From the NCBI GenBank assembly GCA_951406725.2, contig OX597822.1:26660001-26724000 (forward strand): a DNA stretch of 64,000 bases, given 5' to 3'. The DNA is from Octopus vulgaris. Its lineage: Eukaryota. The position numbers were made by a program, and so were the translations under genes. This document shows positions 1 to 12,405 of the stretch, one piece after another. Position 1 is the first letter of the stretch. Each line of letters starts with the position of its first letter. The notes under the pieces were generated by a model. The model was not told the origin of the DNA. It saw only the letters and a list, made by a program, of their open reading frames with translations, and did no database searches.

Positions 1-254
1 AGGTGGCACATAAAAAGCACCATTTGAGTGTGGTCTTTGCCAGTACTGCCTGATTGGCCCTCATGCCGGTGGCACATAAAAGCACCCACTACACTCTCAG
101 AGTGGTTGGCATTAGGAAGGGCATCCAGCTGTAGAAACTCTGCCAGATCAGATTGGAGTCTGGTGCAGCCATCTGGTCCACCAGACCTCAATCAAATTGT
201 CCAACCCATGCTAGCATGGAAAGCGGATATTAAACGATGATGATGATGATGATG
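1..254 (+). mobile_element. 3' UTR/tail fragment of an RTE-clade LINE ending in (GAT)n
   Basis: Same sequence as the 3' UTR that follows the RTE ORF2 C-terminus at 58226-58991 (gtggcacataaaaagcacc...ggcattaggaagggcatcc...ccaacccatgctagcatgg...aaacgatgatgat). Truncated by the window start. Confidence 0.85.
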
Positions 255-1001
255 AGTTTACTCAAACTTTTTGAGATCACCTTATTACTTTGCATATCAA
301 TAAATTATAGTTTTAAAACTATGAACTGAAAGTTGGTTTGTTTTCTCTTATAGTAAGAGAAACATGACTGAAGTGACCATTAAGGCCTGGTTCTGGATTA
401 TTATTATAGGTTGTGAGCAACCAATCAGCCTCAGTGCTAAATTGACTGTAACAACTTCTGTAGCTGTTCTAAAATTGCCAAAAGTGATTAGTCTTTACAG
501 TTATCAATCATTTTGCTATGGGGCATAATTAGATCATCTAATTAAAACAATAAAATCACTACTAATGGAATGGCTTGAATACACTACATTATTTTAAAAT
601 TAACTAAATATACAGCTGCTGTCTAGGTGGTTATTTTTATTAGCTCTGTTATACTAAAATATGTTAGATCTAGCTAGAAATTAGCTAAGTTAACAAGCCT
701 AATTGGAATGGTGAATTAATTCAGAAGTTGTAAGATAGAAGAGTAGTGGAGAATGTGAATATAGTATATGTGTGCAACGACAACATGTAAACTTAATAAA
801 TGACCGAATAAGCACTCACATACACATCATCGAGACACATTGTGGTGATTAAACATTTAAAGCAGTTACTATGAATGTTTAGCATTATTTAGTGCAACTA
901 AATTTTCAGCTTTAAGTTTTATTTTTTTAAATTTTTATATTAAGAGACATTTATTAAAGCAATAAATTGTTAAATGCAAGATTAAGTGAGGTATTAGTGG
1001 G

Positions 1002-1066
<65 letters not shown>

Positions 1067-1218
1067 GCATAAGCAAATGCATGTGCACATCAAAATGTGC
1101 ATATATGCATGTATACATATGGTTAAATGTATATACGTGTGTGGATATATATATATATATCAGCCTCAGTGCACTGCAAGATAGGATCCCTCTTCCAAAA
1201 TGATGGCTTCCTCACAGA

Positions 1219-2335
1219 CATGACTTTCTGAAAGACAGAAGTCAGGCAGTAGTGGCTAATGGAGCCACCTCTATGAAAACACAAATAGTGAGCAGTGTTT
1301 CACAAGGCAGTGTCTTGGGACCACTGCTTTTTATAGTGGTCCTCTCAAATATGCCTTCAAGTGTCCTGATAGCCACTCTTGCAAGCTACGCAGATGATAC
1401 GAAAGTTTCGCAGAAAATACAGAACCCCAGTGATGTTGCACATCTGCAGCAGGAGTTGGACTCAATTTACAGATGGGCTGAAGATATTGATATGCAGTTT
1501 AATACTGAAAAATTCCAACCCACGCACTACCGGCATCCAAAACTGAATATGAAACTTACAGGATACACTGGTCCACAGGGAATTTCAGTGAGGGACCTGG
1601 GTATTGACATGAGTGATGGTACCACTTTCCAAGTGCACATTACCAGGATGGCAACAAAGTGCAGATGACTGGCTGGATGGAGCCTGAGAACATTCAGAAC
1701 CAGAGATAAGGAAACCATGATGGTCCTCTGGAAGACATTCGTCCTTAGCTGCCTGGATTACTGCTCACAGCTATGGTCACCCACCAGTGTGAAATAAACA
1801 GTGGACCTTGAAGCAATCCAGAGAAGATTCACAAAGAAGATCGTCTCTTCGCAACTGCTCAGCTACTGGGAAAGGCTGAAACAGCTCAGACTCTACTCCC
1901 TGGAGAGAAGGCAGGAGAGGTATTCAGTAATATGCATCTGGAAGATCTTGGAAGGAATTGTGCCAAATTTGGCATTGAAATTACACCAATGACACTGCAT
2001 AGTGCCAAAGATCCCAGCAATGCCATCACGCTTCATGACCAGTCACTTCAACAGCCTGGGTTTCAAGGGTCTACAGCTTTTTAATATTCTCCCAAAGAGT
2101 CTGAGGAACTTGCACAAAGTAGATGTAGCGGTTTTTAAATCAAAGCTGGACATCTTCCTGTCGAGAGTCCCAGATGAACCTACCTCACAGCAAGAGGTGC
2201 AAATGGGGGTAGCGATATCAAACTCCATTCTTCACCAAGTGCCACATATTAGAGGAGGCTCTTAGTAATAACAGTGTAGCACAAAATGGCAGTGCATCAG
2301 TATGGCCGCAGCTCTGAGCTGAAACTAGAAAAAAA
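1219..2335 (+). mobile_element. 5'-truncated CR1/L2-group LINE: reverse transcriptase C-terminal half plus 3' UTR (pseudogenised)
   Basis: Three same-frame ORF pieces (1252-1668, 1801-1992, 2002-2265) give VSQGSVLGPLLF, YADDTKV, VRDLGI, LEAIQRRFTK, LYSLERRQER and FNILPKSLR, all typical of CR1/L2/Jockey-group RTs. In-frame stops at about 1666, 1795 and 1990. The 3' end is a stem-loop tail (cagctc-t-gagctg-aaactag). Confidence 0.9.
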
Positions 2336-2359
2336 TATATATACATATATGTATATGTT

Positions 2360-2420
<61 letters not shown>

Positions 2421-2565
2421 ATGTATGTGTGTGTGTGTGTATATGTGTATGTGTGTATGTATATGTATGTATGTATGTGTATGTATGTGTATGTGTATGT
2501 ATGTATATGTGTGTGTGTATGTGTGTGTGTGTATATATGTATGTATGTGTGTGTATATATATATA

Positions 2566-2596
<31 letters not shown>

Positions 2597-2675
2597 GTAT
2601 ATGTGTGTGTGTGTGTATATATATGCATGTATGTATGTGTGTGTGTGTGTATATATATATGCATGTATGTATGTA

Positions 2676-2706
<31 letters not shown>

Positions 2707-2717
2707 GCATGTATGTA

Positions 2718-2747
<30 letters not shown>
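2336..2747. repeat. Compound (TA)n/(TG)n/(TATG)n microsatellite
   Basis: Directly visible; source of the spurious YI/VC/HT ORFs. Confidence 0.97.
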
Positions 2748-2748
<1 letters not shown>

Positions 2749-2960
2749 CACCATGTTGATTCGCTAGCTTCTGCACGCATTTTTTTTCTCTCCTTGTTTC
2801 TTTCCGTGTTTCTTTTCTGTGTATCTTTCTGTTGAAGAGCGTAGGCTCGAAACGTAAAAGACTTGTTTTATTTATATTCCTGAGCGCCATACTAATACAA
2901 TTGTTTGTTTGTACTTCACCTGCCTTCGTCTTTTGTTTATTTTCATAAAGCTTCCCGTTA
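2748..2960 (+). mobile_element. Small non-autonomous insert in (TA)n carrying a minimal hammerhead ribozyme motif (2824-2861)
   Basis: TCTTT-CTGTTGA-A-GAGC(gtag)GCTC-GAAAC-GTA-AAAGA. Stems I and II pair; stem III is reduced to a palindromic ACGT. The core has an A6>U variant. TA repeats lie on both sides. Confidence 0.7.
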
Positions 2961-3141
2961 TATATATATATATATAGTTGTTGTAATGATTGTCATATCA
3001 GAAAATAAAAGAAACAATGCATTTTCCTTCTCCAGCTTCTTAAGAACTTTGGCATTAAATAGAAAATCAAGTCATCATTTTGGCTACTTTTGGAAAACCA
3101 TCCTGTGGTATTAACTAAATCCCCTTTTACTTGACCCTCTA

Positions 3142-3261
<120 letters not shown>

Positions 3262-3859
3262 TTTGGAATATTAGGTTAAAAATAAAAGCTTAGAGAGAAA
3301 GAGTGTTTAGTAGTTTCTACAAATTTCTTTGCAATCACCCCCCTTTTTACTCTCCAACTATTTATATTCTGGGCATTCCATTTTTTGTGTTACTCTTTCT
3401 TTTATTTGTTTTTTCTTTTAGATTCGTTTTTGTTTTTCTTTCTCTGATCTGTTTCCAATATAATCCATTTGATTGGCAACCAATATTTCTTTTTCTTTTT
3501 TTTTCTAATATTTTTTTTTGTTTCATTATTTCTGTTCCTGTTGGCCAAGAAACCTACCAATGACTTTCATTTCTCTTCATTTTTTTTCATTGTTTTTTAT
3601 TGTTATAATACTTTTTTTACCCTTTTCCTGTTGATTTTTTTGTGTGTGTTCTTTCTTTCTTCTTGAGATAAATTAAAATAGGGCAAGAAAGGCAAATATT
3701 TTCTTCCATCTACTACCACCACCACCACCACTATTGATTACTGACTTAAGCATAAAGCTACAAAATTTGTGGTGATGAGTGTAGTTAGATGTGGAGGACT
3801 ATGTTTTCGTTTTTTATATTTTTTAATGATTTGTTTTCATAGAATAAGGCTGTATCTGT

Positions 3860-4200
3860 ACCATTACAAGCCCTCCGAGACTAGTGGAATTGATGGTGGT
3901 CGATACTCTTGAACTAGTGTAAGCTGATGACTGCAGGAAAAACACATGAGCAGAGGACTGAGATTCTTGGGAATGAAGGATTGGGCTTAGTGGTCGGTGC
4001 AGAGTGCAGGACTTGAATGGAGATAGACATAGAAGAGAGGGAGATGAGTGAGCCAGTGGCATGAGACTAGCCTCACAGTTCCAAGTAGCAAAGGCCATTG
4101 TTGTAGAAGGAATAGAAGCATAGTGTGGAATCTACACAACGGTGGACCAGATGTTAGAGTGTGCTGGTGAGCAACTCCATGTCTATTTGTGCCTCTCTCT
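3860..4200 (-). mobile_element. Degenerate LINE (Jockey/CR1-group) RT C-terminal fragment
   Basis: The minus strand reads roughly QREAQIDMELLTSTL*HLVHRCVDSTLCFYSFYNNGLCYLEL...QSFIPK...VF...FKS. This resembles the 'L..RR....L..FY.YY.G.CS.EL...SF.P....FK' tail of these elements. Confidence 0.5.
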
Positions 4201-4353
4201 GCTTTTTTTTTTTTTTTTTTTTTTGGTAGGGAGGATCTAGGACAATGTTTCTCAACAGATGATATATGTACTGTGAGGATTGAAAAGAAGTGGGCAAATT
4301 ATGATACTCCTTTATTTTTATATTCATTTCAGTCACTGGTCTGTAATCATGCA

Positions 4354-4585
4354 TGGTGAGCTGGCAGAAATGTTAGCTCGCCAGGCGAAATGCGTAGCCA
4401 TATTTCATCTGCCACTATGTTCTGAGTTCAAATTCCGCCGAGGTCAACTTTTCCTTTCATCCTTTCGGGGTCGATAAATTAAGTACCTGTTATGCACTGG
4501 GGTCGATGTAATTGACTTAATCCGTTTGTCTGTCCTTGTTTGTCCCCTCTGTGTTTAGCCCCTTGTGGGTAGTAAAGAAATAGGT
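4354..4585 (+). mobile_element. SINE family B (tRNA-like head, Deu/Nin-like central domain)
   Basis: ggtgagctggcagaaa...gagttcaaattccgccgaggtc...cctttcatcctttcggggtcgataaattaagtacc. A near-identical copy lies at 54346-54575. Older copies lie near 5150, 13290, 13535, 24530, 35030, 46660, 47726 and 61940. Confidence 0.8.
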
Positions 4586-5516
4586 ATATTACTTTGAAAG
4601 GTTTAGTTGGTCATATCAACCCTGGTACTTTTATTTTAAGTACTGGGGTTGGTTTGATTTAGTACTTACCCTATCGGTCTCTTTCTACTGAACTGTTAAG
4701 TTATGTGAACATAAATGCACCAACATGAGTTGTGAAGTGGGGAGAAACAAACGCACAAATGTGCACATGCCTCTGTGTGGATGTGCATGCACACACAAAC
4801 ACATACTCACATGCACATTTGCACACACACATAAACGCACGCAGACACACACACATACACACACACGCACACACATAAGTGCAAGCATAGCCATATGGTT
4901 AAGAAGCCTGTTTTCCAACCATATGATTTAGGGTTCAGTCCCACAGTGTAGCATCCTAGGTTACTATCTTCTACCAAAGCCTAGTGCATGGATCTCCACA
5001 AATACCTTCTCAACTTTGTCTCTCTGATAGACTTCAAAATGTCTCAACCATCAATTGATTATTAGCTATGTACTTGAAGTTACAAGAGAGTTGTGACAGA
5101 AGACAAGCCAGGCTTTGATGTCAGTCAGTTATTAAAGAAAGAAGAGTGGTCGATGGACAGAATTGGTAAAACTTCAGATAAAATGCTTTGTGGTGTATAA
5201 TTATTACATTTTATGGTCTGAGTTCAAATTTTGTTGGAATAGGCTTTGCCTTACATTCCTCAGGGGTTAATAAAATAAAGTACCAGATAAATATTGGTGA
5301 TTGATTTAATCAATAGTAACCGTCTCCTTTAGAACATTTGTGGTCTAGTGCCTAAGCTACTAACAAAAATTATTAACAAAAATTGTTAAAAATTTTTCCT
5401 TGCTTGCTGTAGCAGTGTAATAAGTATTATCTTTTACCAGGATGTGTTGTCACCATTATTTGTGACCACCACCACCACCACCAAGAACAAGAACAAGAAC
5501 AACAACAGCAACAACA

Positions 5517-5895
5517 GTGGAGGCGCAATAGCCCAGTGGTTAGGGCAGCGGACTCGCGGTCGGAGGATCACGGTTTCGATTCCCAGACTGGGCGTTGTGT
5601 GTGTTTATTGAGCGAAAACACCTAAAGCTCCACGAGGCTCTAGCAGGGGGTGATGGCGCCCCTGTTGTACTCTTTCGCTCCAAATTTCTCTCATTCTTTC
5701 TTCCTGTTTCTTGTCCCCAACTTCCTATGCAACCGCTGAGCCTGGATGCGCATTCATCCATCCGTTGATGCTCTCGGTGTCGGGGGTTGACCTGCTTTCT
5801 CTTCTGCAGGTCTTATGAAAAGCAAAGGATCACGTTTCGGACTTCTCCCACTGCAGGATGAAGACCACTTCGCTCAACAAACAAACAAACAAACA
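5517..5895 (+). mobile_element. SINE family C (tRNA-derived head H1) with tail T1 ending in (AAAC)n
   Basis: A-box-like gcccagtggttagggc and B-box-like ggtttcgattccc. The head is shared with 10281-10579, 29954-30248 and 37987-38290. Confidence 0.8.
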
Positions 5896-6450
5896 AACAG
5901 CAACAACAAACATACACAACTCCATTATAGCAAAATTTAACTCATTATCAATTAAATGTAGAATTAAACATTATAATTCTTTGCTTGCAACAACCTGTCA
6001 TTGGATGTTCTTTCAATGTTACTATACCGTTGCTATATTTTCAAGAATAACCAAATTGTATTTTTTTACAATGACTTGTGTATTCAGCCTCTTGGTAGTC
6101 TATTTTGTTCTCTTCTACAAGAAATAGGAAGAATAATTAAGAGGTTTGATAAATAACTGAAATGAAGAATGTATTCAAAGACTGCTACAGTATAATTCTG
6201 ATTGGACATCATATCTTACTTGTTTCAGTATTTAGACTGTAGCCATGCTGGGGCATCTCCTGAAAGAAATTTAGTTGAACAAATTGACCCCAGTACTTAT
6301 TAATTTTTAAACCTGGTATTTATTTTATCAGTTACTTTTGCTGAACTGCTAAGATATGGGGATGTAAACACATGCTATAATAATGCTATAATAATGTATA
6401 ATATGGGGATGTAATCTCTTGCTATAATAATGTATATAATTATTAGAATA

Positions 6451-6493
<43 letters not shown>

Positions 6494-6857
6494 GTATAAT
6501 ACAATATATGTCTATATATATGGTGGAGGAGATCTTGTGTTAGATGATGAAAAGTTAGAGTGTGACAGAGAAATAAACAGAGGCAGAAACATGTTTATGT
6601 ATTTGCTTTGCAAGATTCCTGTTGTGAAATTATATGTTGAAAACAGATATTGATATGGCTGCTGATTTACAGGGGATGTTGTTTCATGTCACATGGTTCA
6701 TGTCACATGGGTTGCTTTTAATCTCTTCTATCCTAATGGGTTTTTCAATCCAATATTTAAATGCTATTTTAAATAATAGCATTTATGTGCTTTGTCATCA
6801 AATTCTGAAAAAAACTCAGATTCACAATTATCATTTGTACTGACCTTATTGAGATAT

Positions 6858-7092
6858 TTAACCCTTTCATTACCATATACCTGTTGAAATGCATATTGCA
6901 TTTGTGTCAATTAATTCTGAAAATAAAGAGCAATTAAGTGAAATAACTTTGTAATAATCATTAAGCTGGTGTTTGAAACATAAATTAATGCAAAATTTTG
7001 ATGGAATATGATTATAATTTATATAACGTTAAATTGGATGTTTCTATCACAGAAAGAAATGCAATCTCAAGTGAGTTGGTATTAAAACGGTT
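6858..7092. mobile_element. piggyBac-like MITE (TTAA-CCCTTT terminus)
   Basis: Starts ttaaccctttcattacc and ends ...ggtattaaaacggtt (degenerate). Related pieces at about 15985-16178, 16650-16870, 20390-20528 and 43570-43732. Confidence 0.55.
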
Positions 7093-7495
7093 GGAGTGTA
7101 CAATCACTTTACAATTTCACATTCTACTGACACCATGAACATTTCATAAAGAACAGTGATTAGGGACCGCTCCAATTCTGAATATGCATGTGCAGATATG
7201 GCTGTGTGGTTAAGAACTAGCTTTACAATCATGTGGATACAAGTTCAATCTGACTGCACTGCACATTGGGCAAGTATCATGTACTATAGTTCTGAGCTGA
7301 CCACTGCTTTGTGAGTGAATTTGGTTGGTAAAAGTAGCACATTCTCTCTCTCTTCCTCTCTCTCTATGTATGTATGTGTGTATGAATGTATGTATGTACG
7401 TATCTGTCTGTCTAATTATAATAAAGGGTAAAAATAATTAACGATTTTACCAAGAGTTCAGCGGGGATATAAGAAACTTATGGATAAATTTTACA

Positions 7496-7682
7496 AATAT
7501 TTTAATAATTGTATACATAATTATAATAAAGGATTGGCTGTAAACCTCTCCATGTGCAAGAAAAATAGACGCCTAGAGTATTTAAGGTGGTAATAGTGTC
7601 TTTAGGCATATATTTTTCTAGTGTTTGGAGAGGCTTATAGCTAATCTCTTGCTATAATAATGTATATAATTATTAGAATACT
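7496..7682. repeat. Imperfect inverted repeat (foldback)
   Basis: The left arm attgtatacataattataataaaggattggctgtaaacctctcca...gcctagag matches the reverse complement of ctttaggc...ggagaggcttatagctaatctcttgctataataatgtatataat. Confidence 0.8.
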
Positions 7683-7702
7683 GATATATATAATACAATA
7701 TA

Positions 7703-7753
<51 letters not shown>

Positions 7754-7771
7754 CAATATATGTATATATAT

Positions 7772-7874
7772 TTCATAGTATATTTCCGATGGCCAGATTA
7801 CTGAAGAGATGGCAGCGTGGATTTCCACTTCGGCATCCAAAACTTGGAGTTTTATCATGGCTACTGAATAATTG

Positions 7875-7877
<3 letters not shown>
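7772..7877 (+). mobile_element. Small insert in (TA)n with a degenerate type-I hammerhead motif (7790-7863)
   Basis: tggccagatta-CTGAAGA-gatg...gtgg-attt-ccac...catc-c-AAAAC(G12>A)-ttgga-GTT-ttatcatggcta. The flanks pair imperfectly as stem I. Confidence 0.55.
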
Positions 7878-7914
<37 letters not shown>

Positions 7915-8055
7915 CAATATATATATATATATGTATAAATATATATGTCTATATACATGTGTGCATGTATATATATATGTATGTATATATATGTATATGT
8001 ATGTATGTATATTGCATATGTGTGTATATATATGTATATATATATATATATGTGT

Positions 8056-8564
8056 ATATTATTACAAATTTGGGATTTTACCAATAGAACGGCAACTCCT
8101 ATTTCAGGATAACCTCATTTTACAGAATACACATTGAAAGTTATATCCAATAAAATAATATAAGCATTTAAAAAAAAATCTACTATAAAATACAATAAAA
8201 TTATTTGGAAAATTATATATAACTTACCTGTTATTTGTCTGTGGCAAAAGATATTTTTTATCAATGCTACATGTGTTTCTGTTCTAGTGGGGTGTTTATC
8301 AAGGCTTTCTTATGTATTAGGTATAGCCTTGATAAGCACCCCATCAATGCAGAAACATGTATAGCATTGATTAAAAATATCATCTTTCACCACAGACAAA
8401 AAACAGGTAAATTATATATATTTTATTGTATTTTATAGTAGGTTTTTTAAATGCTTATATTTTGTTTTATTGGATATAACTTTCTATGTGTATTCCATAC
8501 AATAAGGTTATCCTGAAATAAGAGTTGTGGTTCTATTGGTAAAATACCAAATTTTTAATAATAT
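8056..8564. repeat. About 510-bp imperfect palindrome with a unique tail to about 8667
   Basis: Arms 8056-8306 and 8325-8564 are reverse complements with scattered mismatches and indels (e.g. ttttaccaatagaac / gttctattggtaaaa; tttatcaaggct / agccttgataag). Confidence 0.92.
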
Positions 8565-8670
8565 TATAAATGATACTGTTTACATTGCATTATTAAAGTG
8601 TAAAATAGTAAATGTCCTGATAACCTAGAATACTTATTATTCCCTAAAATTTTTAAAATATTCATTTATA

Positions 8671-8718
<48 letters not shown>

Positions 8719-8721
<3 letters not shown>

Positions 8722-8991
8722 TCATCATCATCATCATCATCATCGTTTAACGTCCGTTCTCCATGCTAGCATGGGTTGGACGGTTCGACCGGGGATCTGG
8801 GAAGCCAGAACGCTGCACCAGGCTCCAGTCTTATCTGGCAGTGTTTCTACAGCTGGATGCCCTTCCTAACGCCAACCACTCCGTGAGTGTAGTGGGTGCT
8901 TTTTACGTGCCACCTGCACAGGTGCCAGGCGAGGCTGGCAACGGCCACGGTTGGATTGGTGTATTTTATGTGCCACCGGCACGGAAGCCAG
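8719..8991 (-). mobile_element. RTE LINE 3' UTR fragment
   Basis: (CAT)n tail followed by the reverse complement of the 58226-58991 3' UTR. Nearly identical to 32324-32469. Confidence 0.85.
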
Positions 8992-9130
8992 ACATATATA
9001 TATGTATGTGTGTGTGTATGTATGTATGTATGTATGTATGTATATATATGTGTGTGTGTGTGTGTATTTATATATATGTATATATATATATGCATGTGTG
9101 TGTATATATATATTTATATATACATATGTG

Positions 9131-9179
<49 letters not shown>

Positions 9180-9184
9180 GTATA

Positions 9185-9460
9185 TATGTATGTATATATC
9201 CATATGTATATCTATGTGTATAGGTATATATGTATGTATATATCCATATGTATATCTATGTGTATAGGTATATATGTATGTATATATCCATATGTATATC
9301 TATGTGTATAGGTATATATGTATGTATATATCCATATGTATATCTATGTGTATAGGTACATATGTATGTGTATATACATATGTATATCTATGTGTATAGG
9401 TATATATGTATGTAAATATACATATGTATATGTATATCTATGTGTATAGATATATATGTA
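9185..9460. repeat. 44-bp minisatellite (about 6 copies) derived from TA/TG repeats
   Basis: Unit tatccatatgtatatctatgtgtataggtatatatgtatgtata. The 'cc' landmarks at 9200, 9244, 9288 and 9332 give a period of 44. Confidence 0.9.
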
Positions 9461-9468
9461 TACATATA

Positions 9469-9774
9469 AATATATTTTATATGATATATTGTTATTAATA
9501 TCAGGAAATCATTACTAGAAAATTCTTCAAAAAGATATACGTGTGTAGAATAATTGTTGTATTAAAAATATAAACATATATAAAACTACATGTAAATATG
9601 TATAAGTATAATATATTATTATTATATATTTATACTTATACATATTTACATGTAGTTTTATATATGTTTATATTTTTAATACAACAATTATTCTACACAC
9701 GTATATCTTTTTGAAGAATTTTCCAGTATTGATTTCCTGATATTAATAACAATATTTTATGTAAAATATATATT
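9469..9774. repeat. About 305-bp near-perfect palindrome with a unique tail to about 9890
   Basis: The roughly 90-bp inner arms (9518-9610 and 9631-9723) are exact reverse complements; the outer arms have a few mismatches. Confidence 0.95.
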
Positions 9775-9964
9775 ATCGCATGTATTAAATGTATAAATAC
9801 TTTAATAGTATTAATACTTTGATACAATAGTGCACTCAATGTAAATGCAGTATATAATATTCTCATTGAATATATTTAACTAAACATTTACATATATATA
9901 TATATATATATACATGTATGTATGTATATGTATGTATATATGTATGTATATATATATATATATA

Positions 9965-10255
9965 TGAATATGTATATATATATATATATATATGAATATG
10001 TATATATGAATATGTATATATGAATATGTATATATGAATATGTATATATGAATATGTATATATGAATATGTATATATGAATATGTATGTATGAATATGTA
10101 TGTATGAATATGTATATATGAATATGTATATATGAATATGTATGTATGAATATGTACATATGAATATGTATATATGAATATGTATGTATATATATGTATA
10201 TATGAATATGTATGTATGAATATGTATATATATGTATTTATGAATATGTATATAT
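9965..10255. repeat. 14-bp minisatellite (gaatatgtatatat)n
   Basis: Directly visible tandem unit. Confidence 0.9.
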
Positions 10256-10280
10256 ATGTTTATGTATATATATATATATA

Positions 10281-10577
10281 TCACGTGACCGACTAGACCA
10301 TCAGATGTTGTTACACATTGCTGGTCACAATGCGTTCGCATTGTTTTAGCCTTCGAATGACGCTACCCCGCTGGCTAAACGAGCAGGCGAACAGAAGAAA
10401 GAGTGGGAGAAAGAGTGGTGAAAGAGTACAGCAGCGATCACCCCCCCCCCCCTGCTAGAGCCTCGTGGAACTTTTGGGTGTTTTCGCTCAATAAACACTC
10501 ACAATGCCTGGTTGGGAATCAAAACCTCGATCCTGTGACCCCGAGTCCGCTGCCCTAACCACTAGGCCATTGCGCCT

Positions 10578-10579
<2 letters not shown>
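10281..10579 (-). mobile_element. SINE family C, head H1 + tail T2
   Basis: Reverse complement of the 5517 head. The tail (tcacgtgaccgactagaccatcagatgttg...) is shared with 37987 and 30400-30539. Confidence 0.8.
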
Positions 10580-10619
<40 letters not shown>

Positions 10620-10634
10620 AAATACATACATACA

Positions 10635-10700
<66 letters not shown>

Positions 10701-10940
10701 TACCAGTGCAGTGTAAGAGCACTCGTGCCATGTTGAAAGCACCCAGTAGACTCTGCTGGAAAGTGGTTGCTCTTGGGAACGGCATTCAACTGTAGAAACC
10801 ATGTCAAGACAGACAAATGGTGTCAGGACAGCTCTCCAGTTGGCAAACTCCTGTCAAACCATCCAACCCATGCCAGCATGGAGAACAGATGTTAAGAGTC
10901 AATGATGATGATGATAATAGATAGATAGATTGTTGGATAT

Positions 10941-10983
<43 letters not shown>

Positions 10984-12024
10984 TACATACACACATAATG
11001 GATGTGTTCTCTAAGGAACAAAGTGTATTTCTACTATAAGAATTGGTTGTGTTTAATTTAGATGAAGCTGTGTAGAACGGAGTAAACGATTGTCATCATC
11101 TGCCATTAGGCTCATTGCAAACCATGCAGGTAGATTTCAACAGGTACTAGTTGCAAAAAGGGGTGTTGGCTGTATTTTTCTTGTTTTGTTTTTGATAGTT
11201 GTGTTTTTCACTTGTTAAACAGTGTAAGAATTCCAAGCATATTTGGCAATTTCATGTTTTACTTTGTGATAGTGAAAAGTGCTAACCACAACACAGACAG
11301 AATATTTGAAATTTTTTCAATATCTTAAAGTACTTACACTTTATTGGCAGAAGCAATTAGGGTAATTATATAGGACATGAAGCTATTCTCAGTTTTAAAT
11401 TGAATTTTAAGCATGCAAGAGATTGCCTACATGTTAGTTCTAATTTTTATAGTAAGAATATGGGAATGATTTCAGCAATCTTGACAGTGTAATTAAAATG
11501 TTTTACTCCAGCCAAGCCGAAATTGTGAGGATAATCTGGTGCTTGACTGAGGAAAGAAAACTTTGAATGACCCATCCTTTTCTTTACATAATAAAGCTTC
11601 TCAATCTAGAATTTCACCTGGGACTAAACAACACCAGCCAATGTATAAAGTTATAGATATTTCACTAAACCCTTTTAAAATCTTGATAATGTTGAAAATT
11701 AACTGAAATACACAGTCATTGAAACAGAAGCAGTCTGTTTATCAGAAACACTGTTATGAAAGTATTAAAGTATTTAGAGTTATATTACTCTTCTTTATTC
11801 TTTTCTTACTTTTTTACCAATTTCAGTCATTGAACTGTGGCCATGCTGGAGAACATTTACTACAGTGCTTGCATCAATCTAGTACTTAGCAGTCTTTATT
11901 AGTCTAGCAGTGAAATAACAGGACAGAAAAGGACGCAACACCAGTATATGTGCACATGTACACCCACACACACACACACACACACATACACACACACTCA
12001 CACATCGCTCATTCTTTTTATCTT

Positions 12025-12405
12025 GAACTTGTTTTAGTCATTTGTCTGTGGCCTTGCTGAGGGGTTTAGTCGAACAAATTGACCCCAGTGCTTTTTTATT
12101 TTTTTAAAGTCTGGCGCTTATTCTATCAGTCTCTTTTGCTGAACCACTAAGTTATGGGGATGTAAACAAACCAACACCAATTGCCAAACAGTGGTGGGGA
12201 AAAATCACGAGCACAAAAGTACACCACACACACACATTCACACTCTATGCTCACACATATACAGGCTTCCACCAGTTTCACTCATAAAGCATTGGTCAGC
12301 CCAGGGCTATAGTAAAAGACACATACTCAAGATGCCACCCAATGGGATTGACCCTGAAACCACATGGTTGCAAAGTGAGCATTTTAGCTACAGAGCCATG
12401 CTTCT
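12025..12405 (-). mobile_element. SINE family A (tRNA-derived, internal CA/TG microsatellite), degenerate
   Basis: Matches the well-preserved copy at 43182-43563. Confidence 0.7.

Noticed and set aside
5517-5592. tRNA gene
   Set aside because: A/B boxes are present but the sequence continues into a SINE body and recurs as a dispersed repeat; there is no proper acceptor stem or terminator.
11505-11585. Hammerhead-like CTGAGGA...GAA (related copy at about 62660-62735)
   Set aside because: No GAAA followed by a pairable stem III/NUH; treated as an ordinary dispersed repeat.
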